Assembly: GCA_035289485.1 (NCBI GenBank)
Contig: DATDXA010000057.1
Location: 1-34,265 of the forward strand
DNA length: 34,265 nucleotides
Direction of reading: 5' to 3'
From: an archaeon
Lineage (GTDB): Archaea > Iainarchaeota > Iainarchaeia > Iainarchaeales > Iainarchaeaceae
Shown: positions 1-8,509 of the stretch, piece by piece
Layout: each line of letters begins with the position of its first letter
Position numbering within the stretch: position 1 is the first letter of the stretch
Notes under the pieces: generated by a model
The model's database searches: none
The model's input: only the letters and a program-made list of their open reading frames with translations
Told to the model about the DNA's origin: nothing
Made by a program: the position numbers and the translations under genes

Positions 1-2
1 TT

Positions 3-1145
3 TCACCAAATACTCAGCTTAAGCTGCCCGCCAGAAACATCGATTGCGTGCTCTGTGAGCTTTGAGACTTTTCCGCTAAAGCCTGTGAGAAGTCCTGAGA
101 GCAGCCCCTTGTAATAACTATAAGTTATTTTGTCGTAAGGCGTAAGCCATGGAAAGTAATTTACCTGCACTGCGAATTCACCCGCTTTTCCTGTAATGAG
201 CACCTCGCCAAAGCCTGTTGCGGAAATAAAATCCGGGATGAAAACGGAGTAGTCATTCCCTTTTTCGCTTTCGGCTATTTTTTTGCCCTGTTCAAAAGCG
301 GTGCTGAAGAGAAGCTCCTTAACGCCTTTTTTTTCCGCAGCCGTGAGCTCAATTAAATAAAGAAGTTCAATTCCGGCCTGAAAATAGCGTTCGCCATGAA
401 AACTTAGCTTGTTGCGCTCGAATTTGAAAATGTTAGATTCAATCATGCTTTTTAGCGAAGCGCGTGAATACTCGGGCTTTCGAATAGCATTCATCTCATT
501 GTAAGTCCCGCTCATCTGGAAAGCCGCATCCGCCTTGAAAATGAAAGGCGCAAGGCCCTGCTTTTTCAAATAATCCGCGGGAGCGCAAATGAGCCGGCAT
601 TCCTTATCGCCCCTTCCAGTGCACTGCGTTTGAACGCCTTCAACTGAAGTGTCATGAACAATCCATGCCCAGCCTCCGGCAAGAACGCCGGCACCCAGCA
701 TGTATCCTAAGCCGTTTTTGCGGCACACAATATGGTCTGCCATTCCGAATTTTACTATTTTTTTCTTCAAATCGTAATCATATTCCGGAAAATTGCCCCA
801 TGTGGCGCCCATAAAGCTCATGAAAAAGGGGATAAAATTGTCGACCGTTTTTTCTCCGCCCTCTTTGAGGCGCGGGATTTCAAAGGAATTGCAATAAGCG
901 TTGCCGTGATTTTTCCCAATCGAGTAGGCGATTTTTTTTCCCTCTTCACCGAATTTTTTCACCAGCCCTTTTTCAAATTCTGCGAGCTGGGTTTCGGAGA
1001 GCAAAACATTTCTCTGGCTAATTTGCGCCCCTTGCGCGTTCTTTACGGTTACAATAAAGCCGGGGGAATCTATCCTTACCACTTGCGGGAGAAGGATATT
1101 TTTCACAAACCATTTTACGAGATCGCGCTTGAACGGTAGTGTCAT
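3..1145 (-). CDS. Tandem V4R-like domain protein, partner of KaiC-like ATPase
   Basis: Two similar halves (..YSIGKNHG..ATWG..GVLAG..QCTGRGDKECRLI; ..FEQGK..ATGFGEV..YYKGLLSGLL); start overlaps the ATPase stop (ATGA). Confidence 0.7.
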   Translation of the reverse strand: MTLPFKRDLVKWFVKNILLPQVVRIDSPGFIVTVKNAQGAQISQRNVLLSETQLAEFEKGLVKKFGEEGKKIAYSIGKNHGNAYCNSFEIPRLKEGGEKTVDNFIPFFMSFMGATWGNFPEYDYDLKKKIVKFGMADHIVCRKNGLGYMLGAGVLAGGWAWIVHDTSVEGVQTQCTGRGDKECRLICAPADYLKKQGLAPFIFKADAAFQMSGTYNEMNAIRKPEYSRASLKSMIESNIFKFERNKLSFHGERYFQAGIELLYLIELTAAEKKGVKELLFSTAFEQGKKIAESEKGNDYSVFIPDFISATGFGEVLITGKAGEFAVQVNYFPWLTPYDKITYSYYKGLLSGLLTGFSGKVSKLTEHAIDVSGGQLKLSIW

Positions 1146-1873
1146 AAGCCTGAAACTATAAGCCCTTTTTTGGTTATTTCCAAATCGTATCTGCCGCCCG
1201 GAGTATCGGTATAGCGCATCTTGCTAATTTCTAAAGTGCGCACCCTTTTCTTTCCGATTGCAGCGGAAGATAGCAATAATGTCCCATCGCACAAAAATTC
1301 TGAAACAGTGTCCCTGCTAATCCCCTGCGCGCCTTCAACGCGCTCGCTTGTGACAATTGCCGTGGCTTTGGATTTTGTGATTGCGCTGAATATTTTCTTG
1401 ATTTTTAGCCTGCTAAGGGTTGCCTGGTCGAAAAGCGCGGGCAGGGTTATTGTTGGTATGCGGTCGCGCAATTGCTGCTGAATTTCCTCAACCGAAGCAG
1501 GATTAGTTGAAATGGAATCTAAAGAATCAAGTGCGACGATATCATAGGGCCCTTTTTCTATTTCGCGCAGCACATTCTCAACTATCTGAGGGTTTGAGCT
1601 GTCAATCGTTACAATCTTTAGGTTCTGCGCTTTTGAAGCGTCCCAGCCAAACTGCTTCATTTGCATCTCAAGCCTTCCTTCCCCCTGCTCAAGGTTCAGG
1701 TAGAGGCACTTCTTTCCCTTTACTGCATTATTGTATAAAACATGTGAGCAAAAATTGCTCTTTCCGGTTCCTGGGGTTCCTGAAATAAGTATAAGTGAAC
1801 TTTTTGGAAAGCCGCCCTCAATCAAATCATCAAGGCCCGGGATATATGTTGCGACCCTGTCTTGGGAAACCAT
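1142..1873 (-). CDS. Single-domain KaiC/RAD55-like RecA-superfamily ATPase
   Basis: TYIPGLDDLIEGG, Walker A GTPGTGKS, Walker B VALDS, C-terminal LEISKMR. Confidence 0.9.
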   Translation of the reverse strand: MVSQDRVATYIPGLDDLIEGGFPKSSLILISGTPGTGKSNFCSHVLYNNAVKGKKCLYLNLEQGEGRLEMQMKQFGWDASKAQNLKIVTIDSSNPQIVENVLREIEKGPYDIVALDSLDSISTNPASVEEIQQQLRDRIPTITLPALFDQATLSRLKIKKIFSAITKSKATAIVTSERVEGAQGISRDTVSEFLCDGTLLLSSAAIGKKRVRTLEISKMRYTDTPGGRYDLEITKKGLIVSGL

Positions 1874-2035
1874 GGTAAACAGATTGAATTTAGTATTATA
1901 TAAGGCTGCCTTAACCTTCTTTTTTTAGGCGGAATATTTGGCGCAAATGCGCTATTTGGCACGGATTTTCATGCAGTGCGTTTCTGATGCCGCTCTTTCT
2001 CAAAATTTTTAAAGAGATAAGGCGGATATCCTTGT

Positions 2036-2296
2036 ATGCTTGGAAGAAAGAAAAAGGAAGGAAAGCCGATTCCGGAAACTTCGGATATGAAAATGTGGCG
2101 CGAGGAGTTTAAGGAAATGAAGCTTGAGGACCATGATAAGATGTTGAAGAATTTGGGGCTTGATGAAGAGGACATTGCAGAATTCAATGAGGTCGAAACA
2201 AAGGGCAAAAAGCTTGAGGATCTTTTAGGGCTTGACGGAGACGGCCAAGGGGCGAAGCAGGCCGAACCTGAAAGCGCGAAGAAGAAAAAGAAGTGA
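2036..2296 (+). CDS. Small charged hypothetical protein
   Basis: 86-aa ORF with typical codon use, acidic core and lysine-rich ends. Confidence 0.65.
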   Translation: MLGRKKKEGKPIPETSDMKMWREEFKEMKLEDHDKMLKNLGLDEEDIAEFNEVETKGKKLEDLLGLDGDGQGAKQAEPESAKKKKK

Positions 2297-2317
2297 ATTT
2301 TATGCGGCAAGTTCCGC

Positions 2318-2761
2318 ATGCTGTTTATGAAATTCAAAATATTACCCGCTAAAAAATCCGATATCCCTGCAATTGCAGAACTGTTCCGTGTTGAATTTGG
2401 CAAGGCCCCCTACAATGAAAAATGGGGCAAAAAAGGCTCTCTGAAAAAAATCCGGATGCATTATGCTAATTACAAAATTCTCATTTCAAAAGTTAGCAGA
2501 GAACTTGCAGGGTTCATAGTTTTCTACAACGATTTCTGGTTCGGGAAAAAAATTGTTTTCATAAATGATATTGTGGTTTCTGAGAAATATCAGAATTCAG
2601 GTATAGGAACAGAGCTGATGAATCGTGCGGAGCATGCATTTCGAAAAAAAGGCGTGCGCGAATCTTATCTGATTGCACTGGAAGGCAAACACGCCTTTGA
2701 CTTTTACCACAAGGCACATTACACCAAAACAAAATGGGTGCTAATGAAAAAGAAACTCTGA
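2318..2761 (+). CDS. GNAT family N-acetyltransferase (start may be 2327)
   Basis: Motif A IVVSEKYQNSGIGTELM; motif B AFDFYHKAHY. Confidence 0.85.
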   Translation: MLFMKFKILPAKKSDIPAIAELFRVEFGKAPYNEKWGKKGSLKKIRMHYANYKILISKVSRELAGFIVFYNDFWFGKKIVFINDIVVSEKYQNSGIGTELMNRAEHAFRKKGVRESYLIALEGKHAFDFYHKAHYTKTKWVLMKKKL

Positions 2762-2763
2762 TT

Positions 2764-2997
2764 TCACTGCGAAATTCTTGCGAAATGGAAAAGGCTTCTT
2801 GCCTGCCAGTAGAGCGCAAGAGCGCCAACTCCTGAAATCCATCCAACAAAATAAAAGCCGAAAGCAATCGAACTATTTCCTGTGAGGTGCAGCGAAATTC
2901 CCTGCATCATGCTCCATGCAAAAAGCGAGGCGAGAATGACGCCTACTACGAAGAAGAAAATCGATTTTCCCATCATTTCCATTACTTGATTGTTCAT
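2764..2997 (-). CDS. Small two-TM membrane protein (start uncertain, 2973-3009)
   Basis: Two hydrophobic segments: IFFFVVGVILASLFAW and IAFGFYFVGWISGVGALALYW. Confidence 0.65.
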   Translation of the reverse strand: MNNQVMEMMGKSIFFFVVGVILASLFAWSMMQGISLHLTGNSSIAFGFYFVGWISGVGALALYWQARSLFHFARISQ

Positions 2998-3061
2998 CAG
3001 AACAATCAAAGTCCGAGGGGGTATATAAGCTTTTTATCTGCATCCTAATCAAAGCATAATT

Positions 3062-3736
3062 ATGGCAATAAAGTCAGTACTGTTCGATTTGGACAATACC
3101 CTTATAGATTTCATGCGCATGAAAAAAATCAGCTGCGAGGCCGCAATCGCCGCAATGATTGATGCCGGTTTGAGAATGGAAAAGGAAAAGGCATACAACC
3201 TGCTCTTTGACCTCTACGGAGTGCACGGAATCGAGCATGGCGAAATTTTCCAGGAATTCTTAAAAAAAGTTGCCGGAAAAATCGATTACAAAATTCTCAC
3301 GCGCGGAATCAATGCTTACCGCAAAATGCAGGTCGGGTACTTGGAGCCATATCCTCATGTACGGAGCACACTAATCGCTCTTAAGGGAAAAGGACTCACT
3401 TTGGGAATTGTTAGCGATGCTCCGCGCATGAAGGGGTGGATGAGGCTAACGGAGATGGGAATTGTCGATTTTTTTGATGTTGTTGTAACGCTTGACGACA
3501 CGGGGAAACGAAAACCGAGTTCACTTCCTTTCAAGGCGGCGCTAAAAGAACTCAAGGCCCGCCCAGAGGAAATACTTTTTGTTGGGGACAACCCTGAGCG
3601 TGACATTGAAGGTGCCAAAAAAATGGGCATGAGAACCTGCCTTGCAAAATACGGGCAGATTTTTCCTGACACGAAAACGAAAGCGGATTTTGAAATAAAG
3701 GATATTGAAGAGCTTGAAAGGATTGTTTCACTGTAA
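3062..3736 (+). CDS. HAD-superfamily hydrolase, subfamily IA (archaeal TIGR02253-like)
   Basis: Motif I FDLDNTL, motif II VSD, motif III/IV RKP..VGDNPERDIEGA. Confidence 0.9.
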   Translation: MAIKSVLFDLDNTLIDFMRMKKISCEAAIAAMIDAGLRMEKEKAYNLLFDLYGVHGIEHGEIFQEFLKKVAGKIDYKILTRGINAYRKMQVGYLEPYPHVRSTLIALKGKGLTLGIVSDAPRMKGWMRLTEMGIVDFFDVVVTLDDTGKRKPSSLPFKAALKELKARPEEILFVGDNPERDIEGAKKMGMRTCLAKYGQIFPDTKTKADFEIKDIEELERIVSL

Positions 3737-3747
3737 ATGGTGTTGAA

Positions 3748-4533
3748 ATGAACAAAGCAAAAATGAGGGGGACAAAAAGGAACGGAGCAAAGGCTAACGC
3801 GGCTGTTCACGAGAAAAAGCTCGTAGCGGGGATAAAAGCTTTCTTCAAATCCGCAGGGAAGAAAAAAGCGGTCGTGGGCCTTAGCGGAGGAATAGATTCA
3901 GCAGTTGTTCTTTCTTTGCTTGTAAAAACCCTTGGGAAGGAAAACGTTGCCGCAATAATGATGCCAAATACCTCTCTTACACACAAGCAAAACATGGTTG
4001 ACGCACAAAACCTTGCAACGGAGCTCGGTGTTACTCACTTTGCAATAGAGATAGATGATTTTTTGCACACTTTTGCGGAATTGCCTTGGAGCCAAAGTGA
4101 AATCGCCCGCGCGAATTTGAATGCACGGGTTCGCGCAGTAATACTTTACAACTATGCCAATTCGAATGACGCATTAGTTGCAGGCACGGGCAACAAGAGC
4201 GAACTTTACATGGGCTACTTCACAAAATACGGCGATGCCGCTGCGGATTTTTTCCCGATAGCGGATTTGTACAAGAAAGATGTGCGCGCGCTTGCAGAAC
4301 ACATGGGTCTGCCCCGCGAATTCTTAGAAAAGGTGCCTTCAGCTGAACTTTGGGAAGGGCAAGAAGATGAGAAAGAGATGGGAATGACCTATGAAGTGCT
4401 AGATGAGCTGCTGCCGCTCATTCTTGCCGGAAAGAAAATTCCAAAAGAGAAAAGAAAAATCGCGGAAAAAATTTCCAAAGTGATAAAAGCAACGGAGCAC
4501 AAGAGGGCTGCGCCGCCAATATTGAGGGTTTAA
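3748..4533 (+). CDS. nadE: NH3-dependent NAD+ synthetase
   Basis: GLSGGIDS, NLNARVR, GTGNKSE..GYFTKYGD, PSAELWEGQEDE. Confidence 0.95.
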   Translation: MNKAKMRGTKRNGAKANAAVHEKKLVAGIKAFFKSAGKKKAVVGLSGGIDSAVVLSLLVKTLGKENVAAIMMPNTSLTHKQNMVDAQNLATELGVTHFAIEIDDFLHTFAELPWSQSEIARANLNARVRAVILYNYANSNDALVAGTGNKSELYMGYFTKYGDAAADFFPIADLYKKDVRALAEHMGLPREFLEKVPSAELWEGQEDEKEMGMTYEVLDELLPLILAGKKIPKEKRKIAEKISKVIKATEHKRAAPPILRV

Positions 4534-4543
4534 TCTACATAAC
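4534..4543 (+). repeat. Dispersed intergenic motif TCTACATAAC, copy 1 of 4 exact copies
   Basis: Exact 10-mer also at 8887-8896 (+), 12621-12630 (-) and 14100-14109 (-); 8-mer core at 13025-13032 and 13040-13047. Confidence 0.7.
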
Positions 4544-4587
4544 GGATTTTTGTTTTGCGCGCGGCGCACTATTCTTAAAAAAAATCA

Positions 4588-4633
4588 AAAAAGCCCGAGT
4601 ACTAAAATCAGGGGTTTGTTCCCCGGGCGAAAA
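4588..4633. terminator. Possible bidirectional terminator between convergent genes
   Basis: GCCCG...CGGGC outer stem with inner GGGG-TTTGTT-CCCC, flanked by A-tracts. Confidence 0.35.
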
Positions 4634-4635
4634 AT

Positions 4636-5013
4636 TTACAAAACCCTAAAATCCAGTTCTGTTCCTTCTGCGAGTTCTGTTTCGTCAACTCCGCTAAGGA
4701 AGATGCCGATTGCCATTCCTTTCTTTGCGTTATGGCCGTATTTGGATTCGACATCCACAATTTGTATTTCGCGGTCATTGAAAGTGCCTTTCATGTTTTC
4801 GGCAATGTAGCCGTCTGCAACTTCTCCTACCACGAATATGTTGTCATGCGAGTAGAACCTGCATGCTTTTTTCACAACAATTTTGCCGGTTGTCAATGGG
4901 GTTTTGCCCATTGTCTGGCTTGCCCTGCTGCTGGGCGTTGAAACGAATGCGTTTTGGGTTACAAACCCGGTTTTTTTGGAACCAAAGGTCAGTGTAGTTA
5001 GGCTCATCGTCAA
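4636..5013 (-). CDS. Stand-alone translation-factor (EF-Tu domain II-like) beta-barrel protein
   Basis: VVGEVADGYI..IQIVDVE..AKKGMAIGIFL pattern resembles EF-Tu/EF-1A domain II; GGAGG RBS before the TTG/ATG start. Confidence 0.55.
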   Translation of the reverse strand: MTMSLTTLTFGSKKTGFVTQNAFVSTPSSRASQTMGKTPLTTGKIVVKKACRFYSHDNIFVVGEVADGYIAENMKGTFNDREIQIVDVESKYGHNAKKGMAIGIFLSGVDETELAEGTELDFRVL

Positions 5014-5208
5014 TTCCTCCCTGAATTTTTGCTTAAAATGACGTGAACTACTTAAACAATTAGGTAATTAATATCCCAAACGCATATGCTATCTGAAAAT
5101 TTAAGGCTTGTAAAGTTCGGAAAGTTAATTCAATGGGTTATTTTGTGCCCTCTTTTTCACTTATTGTCGAAAAAAACTGGTGCTAAGGCTCCTTTCACCA
5201 AAAAGCGC

Positions 5209-5526
5209 CTAGCGCTCCTTTTTTTTCGCAATGGCTCTTTGCGCTTCCTTTTCTATCGCCGCAAGCGCTGTTTTAACCGACTTTTCAGCGCTCCAATCCC
5301 TTGCGTCGGCGTGGAACTGAAATCCCGCTACAACCGCCTTTACTTTGGTCTCAACCTCTTCTTTAGCCCCTGTTTTATGGAATTCCTTGAAATGCACATC
5401 CATTAGGAGTTCTCCGTGCATCCTATCGTTTAGTTTGTCATAAGCGCGCTCTAAAAGGTTGCGAATCGTCGCCTCATCAATGCCGTGGCCCTGTGGCATA
5501 TTCGAAATGTTGAGCTTTCGTTCCAT
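5209..5526 (-). CDS. Stand-alone HPF/RaiA-like protein, putative ribosome hibernation factor
   Basis: beta-alpha-beta-beta-beta-alpha pattern ending FHADARDWSAEKSVKTALAAIEKE, resembling the HPF-like domain of archaeal CBS-HPF proteins. Confidence 0.55.
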   Translation of the reverse strand: MERKLNISNMPQGHGIDEATIRNLLERAYDKLNDRMHGELLMDVHFKEFHKTGAKEEVETKVKAVVAGFQFHADARDWSAEKSVKTALAAIEKEAQRAIAKKKER

Positions 5527-5678
5527 GTGATCCCCTGCAAGATTAGGGCTTTGGGGTTAAAAACACTTTTGAATTGTTGAAAGAAAATTTGGTTCCAAAA
5601 ATCAGCCAAAACACCAAACTAAATTATACTAAAAATCTTTTAGAAAAACTAATAATTAATTTGTGTTAATTTTTTGGC

Positions 5679-5915
5679 TTAATCACTGATTTTTTTTATT
5701 GAAATTACTGCCGCCGGGCAAACAGCAGCTGCCTGGTTTGCCAAATCATCAGAGTCGACTTCGAGTTCGAACACGCCCGGGCTTACTTCCTTGCCGCCAA
5801 TCAAATCGGCTTTGCCATCATCCGCATTAATCTTGAAATGCTCATTATCAACCGCGGCGCAAGGCCCTGCGGCAACACAATTGTTCCTGTCATAAATAAT
5901 CTTGAACTTAGGCAT
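5679..5915 (-). CDS. Ferredoxin, single cluster, probably 3Fe-4S
   Basis: CVAAGPC...AAAVCP (second Cys replaced by Ala); AGGTGA RBS. Confidence 0.9.
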   Translation of the reverse strand: MPKFKIIYDRNNCVAAGPCAAVDNEHFKINADDGKADLIGGKEVSPGVFELEVDSDDLANQAAAVCPAAVISIKKISD

Positions 5916-5993
5916 TCAATTCACCTATCAAGAAGGACGCTCAGGTATTTAATAAATTGCCTCCCGAAACCTTTTCAGCAACTTGCGCTGTTA

Positions 5994-6257
5994 CTATTTT
6001 TTAAAAGCAATTCTAATTGCTTTTTCTAATTCCATAATGTGATGTCTCGCCGTATCAACAACAGTTGCATTGTAACCCGTTCCGGTTCCTTTGTTATCAA
6101 GTTCCCTATCACGAATTGACCTAAGTACTTTCAAAGACTCTGTTGCATCAGCCCTATTATTTGCACTAATGGCAGCCTTAACAGACTCAACATGTTCCGT
6201 TATAGCCCTAAGTTGTACCGTTTGCCGATTCATTTCAGCCATATGTGCTGCAGCCAT
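5994..6257 (-). CDS. Orphan helical protein; frame open upstream to an ATC at 6305
   Basis: 87-aa ORF; GAGGTGA RBS positioned for a start at 6305. Confidence 0.55.
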   Translation of the reverse strand: MAAAHMAEMNRQTVQLRAITEHVESVKAAISANNRADATESLKVLRSIRDRELDNKGTGTGYNATVVDTARHHIMELEKAIRIAFKK

Positions 6258-6423
6258 AGGTGTAGCTCTGTGCGGTTCCGGTCTCCTTTCTCCAAAACGT
6301 TTGATTCAAATCACCTCTTTATATGAATAGATTAATTTTTGATAAATAAAAGGTTTTGGTGGGGTTGAACCAGAAGGCAGGAATAGGCCGTTTACTTTTC
6401 AAAAAATAAAAGCCCTATCAGCC

Positions 6424-6744
6424 TTACTCTATTTCTTTGCTTCCCCATTTTTCGAGTTCCGATATCGCTTTTCTCAGGCTTTCCGCTTTCAGCGTTGCCC
6501 TGTACTCAATCTTTGGCTTTGCTCCGAGAACCAGGTTTTTTTGGATAATTTTTAGTGCCTCAAGTTCTTTTAGGCGAGCTGAGAGCATCCTCGGAGTTAT
6601 GGGCGCGACACCTTTTGCGAGCGCATTAAAGCCAAGGCCGTGCGGGTTATTGATCAATTCCCGTACAAGCGCCAAATTGTATTTCTTGGCAATAAACCCC
6701 TGTATTTTGCCAAATTCGGGCTTTTCATCATTTTGCGCAACCAT
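6424..6744 (-). CDS. HxlR-family winged-helix transcriptional regulator
   Basis: GFNALAKGVAPITPRMLSARLKELE..PKIEYRAT..LEKWG. Confidence 0.9.
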   Translation of the reverse strand: MVAQNDEKPEFGKIQGFIAKKYNLALVRELINNPHGLGFNALAKGVAPITPRMLSARLKELEALKIIQKNLVLGAKPKIEYRATLKAESLRKAISELEKWGSKEIE

Positions 6745-6768
6745 CGTAAACCACTATACTAAAAATAC

Positions 6769-6789
6769 TAGATATACTTAGTATACCTA
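6769..6789. promoter_or_regulatory. Inverted repeat, candidate HxlR operator
   Basis: TAGATATACT-T-AGTATACCTA (10-bp arms, 1 mismatch) in the divergent promoter, next to TTTAAATA at ~6796. Confidence 0.55.
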
Positions 6790-6860
6790 CTATTATTTAA
6801 ATATCATCAGGGGTAATAAGTAGCCAAGAAAGAAAGCTCTTGGTTTGAGGTGGGGGTTAA

Positions 6861-6992
6861 ATGGATTGGCAAAACTTCGTAAAAAAAGTTGAAAGGATTT
6901 CTGTCCCTAGGATAAAGTCCTCAAGACTTGGCTACGCGTATCAAAAGGCCAATGTTGGCCAGTCCAGAACACTTCAGGCTTTGCTCAGATAA
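6861..6992 (+). CDS. Unlisted 43-aa small protein MDWQNFVKKVERISVPRIKSSRLGYAYQKANVGQSRTLQALLR
   Basis: TATA box, GAGGTG RBS, ATG 6861, TAA 6990-6992, terminator directly after. Confidence 0.6.
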   Translation: MDWQNFVKKVERISVPRIKSSRLGYAYQKANVGQSRTLQALLR

Positions 6993-7001
6993 ACGCAAAA
7001 G

Positions 7002-7041
7002 AAGACAGGTGTTCACCCGCCTGTCTTTATTTTTATTTTTT
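7002..7041 (+). terminator. Hairpin plus T-tract terminator
   Basis: AAGACAGGTG-TTCACC-CGCCTGTCTT (10-bp stem, one G.U) followed by a long T-rich run. Confidence 0.75.
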
Positions 7042-7130
7042 TGGTTTTTAATCACCCAAATTCTCTTCTTGCCAAATCCTAAAACCGCTTTTTTATAAAT
7101 CCTCTAAGGGCATAATACTACTGATACTAC

Positions 7131-7403
7131 ATGGCTGACCCTGCAATCCAAATCCCATACCTTGGGCAGATACTAACTGGCATACTGGTGCTACTTGCCG
7201 CATACCTCGCGCTAAAAATCGGCAAAAAAATTGTGCTCCTTGTGATAAACAGCTTCATTGGCCTTGTGCTTTTGCTGCTAGCCAATTACATTCCATTTGT
7301 TCAAATCCCGATAAATGTCTGGACAATACTCATTGCAGGATTCGGAGGAATCGCTGGCGTTATTCTTCTTGTAGTTCTTGGGCAGCTTGGGATTGCGTTT
7401 TAG
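7131..7403 (+). CDS. BofA-family (pro-sigmaK processing inhibitor-like) membrane protein
   Basis: LVINSFIGLVLLLLAN..IPINVWTILIAGFGGIAGVILL signature. Confidence 0.8.
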   Translation: MADPAIQIPYLGQILTGILVLLAAYLALKIGKKIVLLVINSFIGLVLLLLANYIPFVQIPINVWTILIAGFGGIAGVILLVVLGQLGIAF

Positions 7404-7459
7404 GAACCGAAGCGCTTTGAAGCGCTTTAAAAATTTCACCGAACTAGAATTACCTTAAC

Positions 7460-7530
7460 GCACCTGTAGAACAGCGGTAGTTTTCGAGCTTCCCAAGCTC
7501 GCGACCCGGGTTCGAATCCCGGCGGGTGCA
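7460..7530 (+). tRNA. tRNA-Gly (anticodon CCC), no intron, CCA not encoded
   Basis: Acceptor GCACCTG/CGGGTGC plus A73; D arm GAAC/GTTT; anticodon arm CGAGC-TTCCCAA-GCTCG; T arm CCGGG-TTCGAAT-CCCGG. Confidence 0.95.
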
Positions 7531-7546
7531 TTGCAGAAGTGTCCAT

Positions 7547-8200
7547 ATGGTTGTCCACCCAAATAAGCCGATACTTTTTGGAGTCTATCATGATATGCAT
7601 ACTGTTAATTCTGCCTTGGAGGAATTCAAAAAACTGATACGCGGGAAAAATTTTTTGTTTATTGAATTAACCCCAATGGCGCTCAGTGTTATCCCGGAAT
7701 TTAAGCCAAAAGTCAAAATTACCAATGCTTGGGTGAGGGAACATGCTTTCAAAGGAGATATTGGGGCGTATCAAATTCTAGCGAGAGCGGCTCTAAAAGC
7801 TGGCCTTACAGTTGTTCCATTAGATGCCGAAAAAAATGCCATGGTAAATTTAGCATATACACGCAGAGATAGAAATTATACTATTGAGCGTGCATATGAA
7901 ATTGAAGCTTATCAAAATTTGGAAAAAAGAGAAAAGGATTGGGCTGCGAAACTTAAAAATTTCAAAAGTGATGCCGTTGTTGTTGCAGTTGCCGCGCACC
8001 TACGTGGACTGCAGTCCCGGTTAGGTATCCCAGAAAGTAATTGCATCATGCGCGATGAAAATATAGGTAATAATCCACGAATGCGTAAAATGGCACGAAT
8101 TGAATTACAAAGGATAGAATCTGAAAGAATGGCGAGACAATTAAGAAAATCTCGAGAACGCGCAAGACAAAACTCAAAAAAGAAACGAAGTAAAACCTGA
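7547..8200 (+). CDS. Orphan with EreA/ChaN/TraB(TIKI)-like motifs and a basic C-terminal tail
   Basis: LFGVYHD, LFIE, VVPLD, KREKDW, VAAHL in the order expected for this fold; AT-rich; the listed 7526 start overlaps the tRNA, so ATG 7547 is preferred. Confidence 0.55.
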   Translation: MVVHPNKPILFGVYHDMHTVNSALEEFKKLIRGKNFLFIELTPMALSVIPEFKPKVKITNAWVREHAFKGDIGAYQILARAALKAGLTVVPLDAEKNAMVNLAYTRRDRNYTIERAYEIEAYQNLEKREKDWAAKLKNFKSDAVVVAVAAHLRGLQSRLGIPESNCIMRDENIGNNPRMRKMARIELQRIESERMARQLRKSRERARQNSKKKRSKT

Positions 8201-8225
8201 AAAGTTATCGCGCTGATTCGAATTT

Positions 8226-8254
8226 TTTCTCCGCAAAGGGAGTTTGTGGAGAAA
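8226..8254 (+). terminator. 12-bp hairpin downstream of orphan, probable terminator
   Basis: TTTCTCCGCAAA-GGGAG-TTTGTGGAGAAA (one G.U). Confidence 0.5.
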
Positions 8255-8509
8255 TCCTTTTCCTGTTCAGATTCCAAACACGCAAACTCTTTATTGCCCG
8301 GTTTCCTGTAACTCAACTGGTGAATAGATCCCAACTGATCTAGAACGAAAAGCCGGGCAAAGCCTAACTCGCTAAGAGTACCCAAAACTTTAACCCTTCA
8401 CGGGGCCCGGCCTTTTTCGCTTACTTCCAAACCCTGCCCTAGTTTTTCCCTGCTACCAAAACGCGGCAGTGCTTTAAATCCATGCAGGCAATCTAAATAC
8501 TGATTCCAA

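Noticed and set aside
7912..8385. 157-aa minus-strand ORF
   Set aside because: Largely antisense to the 7547-8200 gene, spans a terminator-like hairpin and has no recognisable motif.
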